This document shows, piece after piece, positions 16,425-26,948 of a stretch of 64,000 nucleotides of DNA. The stretch covers positions 48,507-112,506 of IMG/VR virus record IMGVR_UViG_3300031994_000039, one strand, 5' to 3'. The DNA comes from a virus. Its lineage: Duplodnaviria; Caudoviricetes. The notes under the pieces are model-generated. The model was given only the letters and a program-made list of their open reading frames with translations, made no database searches and was not told the origin of the DNA. The position numbers and the translations under genes were made by a program. Positions within the stretch are counted from its first letter, which is position 1; each line of letters opens with the position of its first letter.

Positions 16425-17756
16425 TTATCTGATAACAATTGCGCCTTTATGACTATTTGCAAACATCCACGTAGCATATGAAATATTTTCCAGTTTGCCG
16501 TAGTGCTCGAAAATAGGCGGGTTTAAATAGTCTGTTGACTTGTGAAGATTGACTTTGTATTCATTAGCTACTATGCTAATATCAGCACCTGTAAACTCTG
16601 CGTCACTCTGTGGGTCAACGTGTATCGGAATGTTACTCATTTCTGACAGCTTGTTTGCAGTTTCAGTATCGTATGAACCGCGTGAAATAGGGCTTGAATC
16701 CTTTTCGTTCCAGGAATTGGCAAGTATCTCGTGGGCACTTGCATTGTTAAAGTCAAGTACATTTTTCAGTGATTCAATGCTTAAAGCCTTATTACGGATA
16801 CGCTTTAAAGCACTTTTTACAGTTTCTTGACTCATTTTTAAACTTTTAGCAATGACTTTGTATCCGGCAAACGGCATTTTAAGTCTAAATGCGAGCACTT
16901 TTGTTTCTGATTCCGACAGCTTAAGGTCGGCTGTCGATACTCTGAGTCTGTTTTCGTCCTCTAACGTATCAATATTATACACGAGTCGCTGATAGATTTT
17001 AGTGCCTTCTGTCGCATTATCTAACTCAATATAGCTGTAGCGCCCGTCGTAAGACTTGAAGCTGTCGTAAGAAGCGATGTTCTGTCTGATTTTGTGGAAT
17101 ATTTCACGAAGAACAGACGTCTCAACTTCACGATATGTTGCAACAGTGTCTAGTGTGTCAGATATTACGACCTGTTTTGTTGGTTTATTTACCATGATTT
17201 TACGGGTTAACCAATATCTATGACAAATATTCGGAGTTTTGAGCAGTTCAAACTGGAATTTATTCTCAGTTTTCATAGCGCTCCAAAGTTCAATAAATGC
17301 CGTGTTTACGTGATCTGAAGCGCTTCCACTCCATGGATTTTTGATACAGTCATAATACATTTCACGTACCTTTTCGTTGTCCGGTGTTACGTCAAGCATG
17401 CGTCTAAGTACACAGAGTACCATAGCAGGACTTAAAGCTCTAAAAGTCGACTCACACGGATTCTTTTCAGCGTCACTTACAAGGTCGGAAAATACGTGTT
17501 TTTCAGCACTTTCAGCCTTCCATGATTCAATGATTATCATGAAATTTTTCCATGATTCAGTTGACAGAATGTCTACCGGAACGTCAAAATGTTTATCGTC
17601 TTTCCAGTTGATGTTTAAAGGCTTGAAAGTCACGTTTTCACGGGCTTTTAAAGCGTTTTTACGGTTCAGCATTTCTTGACGTTCTGTGAATGTCATGCCG
17701 GAAAATGTGTTGTTTGCGTCGTTTGTGGTTGCGGTTGTGTTTGCGTACTTTTTCAT
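16425..17756 (-). CDS. large protein with sigma-70 region 4/LuxR-like HTH (putative phage transcription regulator)
   Basis: LSESETKVLAFRL...YKVIAKSLKMSQETVKSALKRIRNK; start MKKYA behind AGGAGG. Confidence 0.65.
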   Translation of the reverse strand: MKKYANTTATTNDANNTFSGMTFTERQEMLNRKNALKARENVTFKPLNINWKDDKHFDVPVDILSTESWKNFMIIIESWKAESAEKHVFSDLVSDAEKNPCESTFRALSPAMVLCVLRRMLDVTPDNEKVREMYYDCIKNPWSGSASDHVNTAFIELWSAMKTENKFQFELLKTPNICHRYWLTRKIMVNKPTKQVVISDTLDTVATYREVETSVLREIFHKIRQNIASYDSFKSYDGRYSYIELDNATEGTKIYQRLVYNIDTLEDENRLRVSTADLKLSESETKVLAFRLKMPFAGYKVIAKSLKMSQETVKSALKRIRNKALSIESLKNVLDFNNASAHEILANSWNEKDSSPISRGSYDTETANKLSEMSNIPIHVDPQSDAEFTGADISIVANEYKVNLHKSTDYLNPPIFEHYGKLENISYATWMFANSHKGAIVIR

Positions 17757-17846
17757 AAAAATCATCCTCCTAAGATGTTGTGTCACTTTTTGTGACAAGG
17801 TTTAAAAGTTTATGATATAGAGAAAATTTCTTTTCTCTATGGTTTT

Positions 17847-17875
17847 ATTATACGCCTAAATACGTGGTTTGTCAA
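17847..17875 (-). promoter_or_regulatory. consensus sigmaA promoter (leftward)
   Basis: TTGACA-17 bp-TATAAT; spacer contains the AACCACGTATTTA motif. Confidence 0.85.
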
Positions 17876-18216
17876 GTGTTTTTTTAAAATCTGATACAAA
17901 ATTATTCTATTTCCGATTTTCTCACTTGTGGATATAGGTTTTAGTATTACCGAAGGCAGACCGGACAACCGGAAGACAGGTCACTTCTCCTCCCAAGCCT
18001 CACCTCCAAATCCTCTAACCCCATCCACCCCCGCAAATAAGCGATTTACCGATATCGATTTTTTCTCTGACCCGGAAAATGACGAGTAGAAATTTTTTAC
18101 GAGTGTTAATTCTGACTGGATCGTGTCCATACCCACCAGTATCCAAAATAGTGAGCATATGTAGATTAACTTAACAAATCATCTATACCCGAAAACTTAA
18201 ACTCTTAAAAGACTAC

Positions 18217-18245
18217 TTGACGGAATAGAATAAATATGATATAAT
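18217..18245 (+). promoter_or_regulatory. sigmaA promoter (rightward)
   Basis: TTGACG-17 bp-TATAAT with extended -10 TG. Confidence 0.8.
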
Positions 18246-18329
18246 ATAAGTAGAATATTAAAAGTTGTTTATCCAGAGAAGAAACCTACCCGGTTTCCTT
18301 ACTGGACAAGATAAATGAGGAGGATGCAG

Positions 18330-18581
18330 ATGAGTGATTTAATATTTGGATTCTATTTTAAAGAACCAGGTAAGAACCCAGTAGCCGGAATGGTAGGCCC
18401 TTACGAACTGGCTAAGCAAATACTCATAGACCTGACCGAAGAATCTCCGACTGGAACCAAAGGATATATCATAGACCAGTACAATGAAAAGTACGAAGGT
18501 TTTGAAATGTGCGAAGAAAACGATCCTAGGTTACTCGAACAGAAAGCGAGAAACAAGAAAAGGAATAAGGGAAAGAAATAA
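18330..18581 (+). CDS. hypothetical protein
   Basis: AGGAGG RBS before MSDLIF. Confidence 0.7.
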   Translation: MSDLIFGFYFKEPGKNPVAGMVGPYELAKQILIDLTEESPTGTKGYIIDQYNEKYEGFEMCEENDPRLLEQKARNKKRNKGKK

Positions 18582-18830
18582 ACCACGCAGTTTCGAGCTT
18601 GCGAGGCACTATCATGTTTTGCCTCGCAAAATAATTTTTAACTGGCGTATCTACGTCGATTGAGGGGTACTCCCCTTTAAAATATTTAACATAGGAAAAC
18701 AGGTAGGCATAACCCACGTATCTATGGGTTTGCGAGGCGGTCCTTGCATTTGCCTCGCAAATCTTCTCACAACCCACGTATTTTCCTCGTTTGGACAGTA
18801 TTCCCCTTTAAATATATTTATATAGGAAAT
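18581..18830. repeat. ~130-bp imperfect direct repeat x2 with hairpins; candidate replication origin
   Basis: Both copies contain AACC(C)ACG..TTGCGAGGC...GCCTCGCAAA and CCCCTTTAAA(A/T)..ATATTTA..ATAGGAAA; non-coding, upstream of the helicase-like gene. Confidence 0.6.
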
Positions 18831-18973
18831 ATCCAAATCGAATGACATAGGTATCCAGTATCCTGCAAGTGTAACTTTCCCGGCGGGAGTGAAGCTGCAA
18901 AAAAATCGCAATGTAGGATTTTTGCAAAAAAGTACTCAAATTGCAGAGATTTTTTCTTTAAGGAGATGTATTT

Positions 18974-19372
18974 ATGTACACAATAGTAATAAAACAAAAA
19001 GGTAGAGTTACCACTGAAGAGGTGAGCTCTCTCAAAAAAGCTAAGGATAAAATAGTAGAACTTGAGTCCAATTTCGAGTCCTCCCTAATGGCTGTTGTTC
19101 TGGATAAAGATTTTAATATGGTAATGTATAAAAACAAGGATGCGTGGGATAACGCATTTAAACCTGCGTCGGAAGCAAAAGAATGGAAGAATTTCAAACC
19201 TAGATCCTGTAGACATTGCGGATCCAAAGGAATTTTACGATACGCTAATTTTGGGCAGTGGGCAGGGTATAAATTCAGGGTTGAGTGTGAGAATCCTGAA
19301 TGCACCGGGGATCCGCCACGGTTTGCTGTCAGTCCAGAAGAAGCCATTGAAATTTGGAATTACAATCTATAG
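18974..19372 (+). CDS. Lar-family (restriction alleviation-like) Zn-finger protein
   Basis: CRHCG...VECENPEC...EEAIEIWN C-terminal signature. Confidence 0.7.
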   Translation: MYTIVIKQKGRVTTEEVSSLKKAKDKIVELESNFESSLMAVVLDKDFNMVMYKNKDAWDNAFKPASEAKEWKNFKPRSCRHCGSKGILRYANFGQWAGYKFRVECENPECTGDPPRFAVSPEEAIEIWNYNL

Positions 19373-19384
19373 GGTGGTGAGGGA

Positions 19385-20782
19385 ATGATTTATATATGTG
19401 ATGCGATAATGGGTAGTGGCAAGACTTCTGCTGCCATAAATTACCTGAAAGCTCACAGGGCCGACAAAACGATATATGTCACTCCTTTTCTGGATGAAGT
19501 TGACAGGATCCTGACTCAGTGCCACGGCATCGCCCTTCATACTCCTTCAGCTGCAACTGCCAAAAGAGAATGTGGTGAATATGCAAAACGCAAAGACTTT
19601 GAACGTTTGGTCCGTCAGGGCAAAAGTGTGGTGACTACCCACTCCCTGTTCCGGGAGCTGGCTCCTGAGATTACAGATGTTATTAAGGAGCAGGGGTATA
19701 CACTTATAGTAGACGAAAACCTTGAGGAGATACAGATGAGCGGAGACAGTGAAGAAGAGACGGATACCGTCAACGGGTTCACTATTTCGGATATAGCTGT
19801 ATTTGTTCGTGCTGGAGATTTAATTGAAACCATTGATTACTCAAGTGAGTCTGTTGAGATAGCAACGTACAGAAGAAGTGAGGCTGCTAAGGATTTGAGC
19901 GCAGACGGGAAATTTAGTGAGTTTTATAAACAGGTAGACGAAAGGATACTCAGGGCGTATATCTTTAAAAGTGATGGCAAAAGAACCGGAGCCTCATTCT
20001 ACTGGATGGTCCGCCCGGAACTCTTCACAGTATTTAAAGACGTAATTGTCATGACCTACAGATTTGAGGGGCAGGGATTGTACAACATCTTTAAATTATT
20101 TGAACTGGAGTATCAGTATATATCAATTAACAAAACTCAGAAAGGTTTCTTTTTCGACTTCTCCGGAGGGGTTAGTAAGTACATACCAGACTACACGAAG
20201 CATATATATAATATGATTCATATACTGGATGATGAAGCTCTTAACGAGATAGGTAATGAGGAAAATGCATTATCGGTTAGCTGGTTTATCCGTGAGGATG
20301 GAAAGGCTACAGAGGGCAAAGGAGATAAGATAAAGAAATTAAAGAACAATATAGGTAACTGTTACAGGCATAAGTGGCCAGAATCAAGCGGTGGTGCAGG
20401 TTCTATTTCTGGAAAACATTTAAATGAGAAGAGACTTTGGTCTACCTATAAGATGTTCCAGGAGAAGTTGGCGGGTGCGGGATACTCGCAGAATTTCCTC
20501 TCCTTTAATACAAAGGCAACTAACGATTACCGAAATGCAGAGTATCTGGTTTATGCAGTGAATCTGTATTACTTCCTTCCGGTAAAGTTTATGTATAATG
20601 CTCTGGGGATAGAGATAAACGACGAACTTTACGCTCTGTCTACGATGATTCAGTGGATCTGGCGTTCAGCTATAAGAGACGGTAAGCCAGTGTACTTATA
20701 CCTGCCGAGCAGCCGTATGAGAAGAATACTTATTAACTGGATGAATGAGATATCGGGAGGGGTGAAGAAAATAGATGTTTAA
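19385..20782 (+). CDS. SF2 helicase-like / origin-binding protein
   Basis: Walker A DAIMGSGKT, TTHSLF, Walker B LIVDE, C-terminal QWIWRSAIRDG. Confidence 0.75.
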   Translation: MIYICDAIMGSGKTSAAINYLKAHRADKTIYVTPFLDEVDRILTQCHGIALHTPSAATAKRECGEYAKRKDFERLVRQGKSVVTTHSLFRELAPEITDVIKEQGYTLIVDENLEEIQMSGDSEEETDTVNGFTISDIAVFVRAGDLIETIDYSSESVEIATYRRSEAAKDLSADGKFSEFYKQVDERILRAYIFKSDGKRTGASFYWMVRPELFTVFKDVIVMTYRFEGQGLYNIFKLFELEYQYISINKTQKGFFFDFSGGVSKYIPDYTKHIYNMIHILDDEALNEIGNEENALSVSWFIREDGKATEGKGDKIKKLKNNIGNCYRHKWPESSGGAGSISGKHLNEKRLWSTYKMFQEKLAGAGYSQNFLSFNTKATNDYRNAEYLVYAVNLYYFLPVKFMYNALGIEINDELYALSTMIQWIWRSAIRDGKPVYLYLPSSRMRRILINWMNEISGGVKKIDV

Positions 20783-20999
20783 GTGTTGGAACTGCCAATG
20801 GCATGATTCCAATCAGTGTGACAAGGGATATGGCGGTATAGGCTGTTCCTACTCTCCTATCGACGAATACATCGACGATGAAGAAGCGGACATACTGATT
20901 GAGGAAAACAGATACGAATTCAGAAAAGAATTTAATAGGATTACCGAAGAGGATAAAACAGGCTTTCTGAGCCTGAAAAATTTTGATCCTATGAAGTAG
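20775..20999 (+). CDS. small Cys-rich hypothetical protein
   Basis: CWNC...C...C; GGGGTG RBS. Confidence 0.6.
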   Translation: MFKCWNCQWHDSNQCDKGYGGIGCSYSPIDEYIDDEEADILIEENRYEFRKEFNRITEEDKTGFLSLKNFDPMK

Positions 21000-21100
21000 C
21001 ATTTTAAGAGTAAATAACTGGTAAAATACTTCATCGACTGGATAACAACCTGGTCGGTGAAGTATCCAGTTTAATATATATAATTTATGATGAATAGGAT

Positions 21101-24100
21101 GTGGTTACTATTAGCAAGCAGTTGACATGTCAGAAGTACATTCTGAAGATTAACAGCTCAAGGCTTCGCAGAGAGAAGTGGAATCTTAACGTCTCACTTG
21201 ACGAAGCCAGGAACAATGACGAGATCATCTCACTGGCGGACAGTCAGATGCTCAGGTGGATCGACGAGCTGAATGGAGTAACGGACGCTGACAGAAAGGC
21301 AAAGTCAATCAAAAAGCAGATAAGGGAACTGCGTAAGTGCGAACCGTCTTTACAAATACGCCGTGAAATGCGCAGGCTCTATTCTGATCTGGATGCACTT
21401 CAGTTTAAACCGGACTATCTTTGTTTAATTATAGACAAAGGTAAAGATTATCTGCGAGCAGTAAAGGGATTTAAAGTAAACGGAATAAAGTATAAACGTT
21501 TGCTTGGAACTACTGGTGGTATTAAGAACTCCACCATAGTGTTTGTCTCGGAAAGGCTCTCGGACGAGCTGCACAGGCGTATCAACAACGGTAGGGATAT
21601 GACCAAGGCTATGGTGCCCGCCAAGCTGAATGCATACATGGCGCTGACCTGTAGTGCTTCAGTTCCGGTATCACTACCGAAAGGGATCCTGGTTGTGGAT
21701 GATGTAGAGACTGAGTTCCTCTCAGATATCATTTATCTCTCCAGTCAGGATGAGGGCGAACCGGTGATGGAATACAAGAAGGATTATCTTATGAAGCTTG
21801 ATGCCACTGACGGCTTCGGACTGATGCTTCCCTCTCTGGCACAGAGGTGGAGTGAGGAGATAGGTCTTGACTATACGGCAAGCGGTATGTGCTGTAGGTA
21901 CAGCTTTACTAAGGGTATGGTTTTTACGTTTGACTTTCTGGACTTTGCTGATAAGGTCGCAGGCGGCAAATATCTTGTCAAGGACGTATGGGGCAACGAG
22001 GTGGATATCAGGAATGTAGAACTGATACTGACCACATCTATGTTAAAGTTATGGGACAGCTATCCAAGCTGTGAGGAGTTTATCAGATTATCTGAGGAGA
22101 ATCACTATACATTCGCTATAACCAAAGCGTGCCCGGAGGTACTTGAGGATGAACGATGTTTAAACTATCAGTTTGTACAGCCATTTAACCTCGATGAGGA
22201 TGATATACAGGAACTTATCTCCCCTACCCTTAACGAGATATGGGATGTGCTGCAAGGCGACTGGCGGCGTGCTCTCGTATTCCTCAGAGGCGTAGGTATG
22301 ACGGAAGAAAACATTGGCCGCTCAGCTGATGATATCGCTAAGGCTATAATGGCGGACCAGAGAGTGTTCGATGATCCATATGTCCAGAATAGTATTTATC
22401 AGCTTATCAGGAACAGAATTAACGCTGCGAAGATAGGCGTGCTCAAGGTTCACGCAAATTATTCGATTGTATCTGGAGATCCATATATTCTGTGCCAGAA
22501 AGTATTTGGTCTGGAGGAAACCGGATTACTTAAGGCCGGGGAGATATATAATCAGTATTGGGCTGATAACAGCTCTGATGAAGTAGTGTGCTTCAGAGCC
22601 CCGATGTCTTGTCATGAAAATATAAGGAAAATGAAAGTTTGTAAGTCCGATGAGGTTCGGTACTGGTATCAGTATATGAAGACCTGCACAATACTTAATG
22701 CGTGGGATGAAACAATGCCCTCATTAAATGGATTAGACTTCGACGGAGATCTCACGTTTATAACAGATAACGAAGTTCTACTCCGCAGACATGAAAAGCT
22801 TCCGGCTATTGTTTGTATCCAGAAGAAGGCAGAAAAGAAAATAGCTTCGGAAGAAGACTTCGTTGTATCTGATATGAATGCTTTCGGTAATGATATTGGC
22901 AGTATTACAAACAGAACTACTTCAATGTATGAGGTTAGGTATAACTATGAAAAAGGAAGCAGAGAATATGAAGAGCTTACATACCGCATAAGGTGTGGTC
23001 AGCTCCTACAACAGGATTATCAATTATCGACTAGTCCGCTTGTACAGAAATGTGCTTGAAAAACGACTCATTGAATTGCTGGAATCCCTTAAAGCTTACA
23101 GTGCTACAACGGAGGAGCGAACAGTTCCAAACGTGAATGCGGCGAAAGCAGAAAGAAACTGTAAGATGGTATATGGTTAAATCCTAAGTATTAAGCAATA
23201 GGCAATCTAGCAGCTAAGTTCCGAACAGGAGAAAGTTCAACGACTAACTCTTATGAGTGTAGGGATACAAGCTATTGGTATTTCGAAGTGGTGGGCATCC
23301 TTAGGGATGATGATATAGTCTTCTCTCAGTCGAAATGGCTGAGGACGAAAGTCGGCAAGGAGTAGCGTCCTATTATAACTTAAATAGTTTAGCCAAAAGG
23401 AAAGGGCAATTGATAAAGCAAAGGGTATTATATCTCTTCCGGCTCCGAGAGAGTGGTACGATCGTCATGCGGTAGCTAAGATCGAAGATGATGAGAAGCG
23501 TGATTTCTACCGCACGATCATCGCAGACAAAAAGCCAATGTTCATGACCTACATCTACCCTTCTCTGGCGAGAGATTATAAGGACTTTCTATCCAGTACA
23601 AACAAGAACGCGTTGAGAGAGTTTGGTATGACAGTAGGAGAACTTAAAGAAAAGAGATATGATGAACTCACACCGAGACAGATTGAGTTCCTGCATTATT
23701 ACGATAAGATGATGCCGGTTGGCTTAAATGACTGTGTAATGAACAGAATCTGCAGAATCTTCGAGAGAGAGTTTGATGACTTCATCAAGAACAAGTCCGG
23801 TACAAATGCTGAATTTGATCCGGAGATCCTGAAGAGTGGCATAACTTATACTGACAAGGATTATAAGGCCGTTAGGAATCTGCATAATGATTATCTTAAC
23901 AGACTCAAGAATTATAAAACCAGAGCGTGCTATGAGCGTGTTGATGGTGATGAATTCAATGAACAGCTCGACAGAATCAAAGCTGAGTTTGAGGAAGAAT
24001 GTGACAAGGTTTGTCCGTGTAGAAGAACACTCACAGACATCCTTATTGATATTTGTTATTCAAACGCATCCACCAAGAGATATATCTGGAGCTCATGCGG

Positions 24101-24251
24101 TAATATCGTTGTTGATAATCTTCTTAAGAACAACGACAACACGCTACGCTTCCCGGAACTCTGTGCCGAGGGTGAATTTGAATATGGTGGCAAACGTTTT
24201 ACGATAAAGGAAAAGAAAGTTGAGGGAGAAGAAAATGATAGTGCTGAATGA
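21101..24251 (+). CDS. YonO-like single-subunit (RdRP-family) RNA polymerase, intron-split, ~920 aa
   Basis: Catalytic GLDFDGD, FRAPM, GDPY; exons 21101-23017 and 23406-24251 join as LLQQD|AIDKAKG. Confidence 0.88.
23018..23405 (+). mobile_element. group I intron in RNAP gene (388 nt, no ORF)
   Basis: P/Q/R/S elements AATTGCTGGAA, AATCTAGCAG, GTTCAACGACTA, GATATAGTCT; 5' U-G in P1; terminal G. Confidence 0.9.
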
Positions 24252-24993
24252 ATACGAGTGGGCTGAAGAAGCTATCCGTGAACACTCACTTGGTAATAAA
24301 CCATCTGAAACATTATACAGGGTTGCGAAATATTATGTATCCAAAGGTGAAACGAAGAACCAGGTTCGCAAACGTCTTGAAGATTTTCTTCGAGCCTGTG
24401 ACTCATCAGCATCTATTCCTAAATGGGGTGATACAATCGACTTCGCCGTAAAGCGTGCTCAGAAGTATGGACTTGTCGAGATTGACTATATACCGATTAC
24501 AGATAAGGAACTTGAACGCATAGGGCAGCTTGATGGTAAGCCGATAAGGAGATTAGCGTTTACATTGCTCTGCTTGTCTAAGTACTGGAGGACTATTAAC
24601 GAGAAAGCTGATGGCTGGGTATCAAACAAAGACTCAGATATTATGAAACTCGCTAATATCAATACTTCAGTCCGCAGACAGAGCGCAATGTTCGCAGAAC
24701 TAAATAAGAATGAAATGATTCAGTTCTCCAGAAAAGTTGATAACAATAACGTTAGGGTTTGCTTCGAGGCCGAGGGTGAAGTTGTTATGAAGGTAGATAA
24801 CTTCCTTGATCTCGGAAATCAATATCTGATGTTTTGCGGTCAGCCGTACTACAAGTGTGAGACTTGCGGTCGAATTATAAAAAAGAAGTCTAAAACCGGT
24901 AGGAATCCGAAGTATTGCCCTGAGTGTGCAGCTAGAATGAAGCTGAAACAGAGCGTTGAATCTGTTATGAGAAGTAGAAAAAGTAGCAGTTAA
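24235..24993 (+). CDS. RNAP-adjacent protein with C-terminal Zn finger
   Basis: CETCG...YCPEC; overlaps the RNAP stop. Confidence 0.75.
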   Translation: MIVLNEYEWAEEAIREHSLGNKPSETLYRVAKYYVSKGETKNQVRKRLEDFLRACDSSASIPKWGDTIDFAVKRAQKYGLVEIDYIPITDKELERIGQLDGKPIRRLAFTLLCLSKYWRTINEKADGWVSNKDSDIMKLANINTSVRRQSAMFAELNKNEMIQFSRKVDNNNVRVCFEAEGEVVMKVDNFLDLGNQYLMFCGQPYYKCETCGRIIKKKSKTGRNPKYCPECAARMKLKQSVESVMRSRKSSS

Positions 24994-25002
24994 TTTGTAA
25001 TT

Positions 25003-25077
25003 GTTGGAAATAACTACGCCCCTCGACTTGCGTAAATGCGTGAGTTGTCAGGGGCGTAAAATATTTCTATTTATGTA
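25003..25077 (+). promoter_or_regulatory. candidate phage-RNAP (late) promoter element (copy B)
   Basis: Matches 6437-6511 without gaps; heads the recombinase/HU/structural gene block. Confidence 0.5.
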
Positions 25078-25146
25078 TATAAACAAAACGTTTGTTAGGG
25101 TGCGACACGCGCATCTATAATTTTATAACGAAAGGAAGGTTGCCAG

Positions 25147-25311
25147 TTGGTTATGGTAACAAAGCAGGAAAAAGAACAGATCCTTAAACTTTTTCCTGAC
25201 GTACATATTGTTCGCACAATGAAGCAGAAGTCAAAGAGACATCGTTATTATTGTGCTGAGGAATGCGGTGTTGTCGAAGCTCTCCAGAAGATGAGAAGCG
25301 AGAATAAGTAA
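25147..25311 (+). CDS. small basic hypothetical protein (54 aa)
   Basis: AAGGAAGGT RBS; ...VRTMKQKSKRHRYY... Confidence 0.65.
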   Translation: MVMVTKQEKEQILKLFPDVHIVRTMKQKSKRHRYYCAEECGVVEALQKMRSENK

Positions 25312-25329
25312 CACCAATTTATAAAGGAG

Positions 25330-26364
25330 ATGATTATAATGCCGAGGAAAACACAGATGAATGAAATCACCTCCCCGGAACTTATAAGTCAGATCCTTCC
25401 GGAGAACAGAATATTACTGAAAGATTTCATGGATTATCTTCGCTCGATTCAGAGGAGCGAAACAACTATTGCCGCCTACGAGAACGATATACAGATTGCG
25501 TTCGTGTGGAATTTAAAGTTTAACGGCAATAAGGAATTTTATAACTGGACAAAGAGAAATGTGGTAGCGTATCAGAATTGGCTGTTAAATAATAACGGCA
25601 ACTCCCCAGCCAGAGTAAGAAGGCTTAAAGCTTCACTTTCTTCTTTAAGTAACTATATCGAGAATGTTCTTGATGACGAATACCCAGGATTCAGGAATAT
25701 TATCAATAAGGTCGAGAGTCCGGTAATAACTCCAGTAAGAGAAAAGACTGTCTTCACGGAGGAACAAATTGAAACTCTGCTGAATACTCTTACTGAAAAG
25801 AAGAAGTATGATAAGGCTTGTGCGGTTGCACTTGCTTTATATTCTGGAAGAAGAAAATCAGAACTGTTAAGATTTAAGGTTTCTGATTTTGATGACAGTC
25901 ATTTAACATGCGGCGGATCCTTATACAGAAGCGATCCGATTAAAACTAAAGGCAGGGGTGCTCAGGGTAAGATGCTTGAGTGTTATACACTTGCCAAACA
26001 ATTTAAACCATACCTTGACAACTGGATGAGATACAGAGAAGAAAACAATATTCATAGCGAATGGTTGTTCCCTGATTCAGAGCAGCCAGGGCTGACGATG
26101 ACTATAGTAACGCTCAATAGTTGGGCTGAAGTATTTTCACGAATGATGGGTATAGACTTCTACTGGCACGCATTACGTCATATGACGGTTACAAACTTCA
26201 AGCGTGCAGGAATACCTGACTCTGTTATTCAGTCTTACATAGGCTGGTCCGACCTCTCGATGGTGTCGGTATATTCAGACCTCAAGGCTGATGAACAGCT
26301 CGGTATGTATTTCACTGAGAATGGTATGGTAGCACCGAAGGCTAAAGGCCTCGATGAAATTTAA
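25330..26364 (+). CDS. tyrosine recombinase/integrase
   Basis: SGRRKSEL, KTKG, HALRH, IGW, catalytic Y in SVY. Confidence 0.9.
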   Translation: MIIMPRKTQMNEITSPELISQILPENRILLKDFMDYLRSIQRSETTIAAYENDIQIAFVWNLKFNGNKEFYNWTKRNVVAYQNWLLNNNGNSPARVRRLKASLSSLSNYIENVLDDEYPGFRNIINKVESPVITPVREKTVFTEEQIETLLNTLTEKKKYDKACAVALALYSGRRKSELLRFKVSDFDDSHLTCGGSLYRSDPIKTKGRGAQGKMLECYTLAKQFKPYLDNWMRYREENNIHSEWLFPDSEQPGLTMTIVTLNSWAEVFSRMMGIDFYWHALRHMTVTNFKRAGIPDSVIQSYIGWSDLSMVSVYSDLKADEQLGMYFTENGMVAPKAKGLDEI

Positions 26365-26383
26365 ATGAAAGGAATGAAAGGTT

Positions 26384-26938
26384 TTGGATTTTAACGGTTT
26401 AGTCCGTGCCGTTACCAATACGCTCAAGGAAGCTAATGTTGGTAAGGTGGTTAAGACATCAAAGCATGTTCTGCATATTAAGGATGAGGAAGGCAACAAC
26501 GCCGACTTCATATTTAACATGAAAGAAAGAGAATCGCCGTTTAACTCAGACGACGTTAAGGAAATCTTAATGACGCTCATCCAGGTAATAGAAGCTTGTA
26601 TGCAGCGTGGCGAAGCCGTAGCTATTCGTGGCTTTGGCAGATTTGAAATTAAATACTATAATCCGCGTGTCTCAAGAAATATTCAGACTGGTGAGCCAGT
26701 ACATATTCCGGGCAGATGTATTCCGAAGTTCGTCTGCGGTCGTGACCTGAAGACAATGGCACAGTTGTACGAGAACTCGCTTACAGAAAGTTCAATCGAA
26801 ACTCGTATTGATAATAACTGTCTTGATGATGAGTGGTATAACACCAATCTGTTTGAAGACAGTAACAACAACGAGGAAGATGATCTCCAGCTTGTGGATC
26901 TGTTTGCCGAGGCAGCTAAAGAAACCAGCGAAGAGTAG
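26384..26938 (+). CDS. HU/IHF-like DNA-binding protein with acidic tail
   Basis: VAIRGFGRF...RNIQTGEPVHIP...PKF. Confidence 0.85.
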   Translation: MDFNGLVRAVTNTLKEANVGKVVKTSKHVLHIKDEEGNNADFIFNMKERESPFNSDDVKEILMTLIQVIEACMQRGEAVAIRGFGRFEIKYYNPRVSRNIQTGEPVHIPGRCIPKFVCGRDLKTMAQLYENSLTESSIETRIDNNCLDDEWYNTNLFEDSNNNEEDDLQLVDLFAEAAKETSEE

Positions 26939-26948
26939 GTGATGGCTG

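Noticed and set aside
25330-26364. Prophage boundary/att site at the recombinase
   Set aside because: Phage genes lie on both sides; no host genes or att repeat seen in the window
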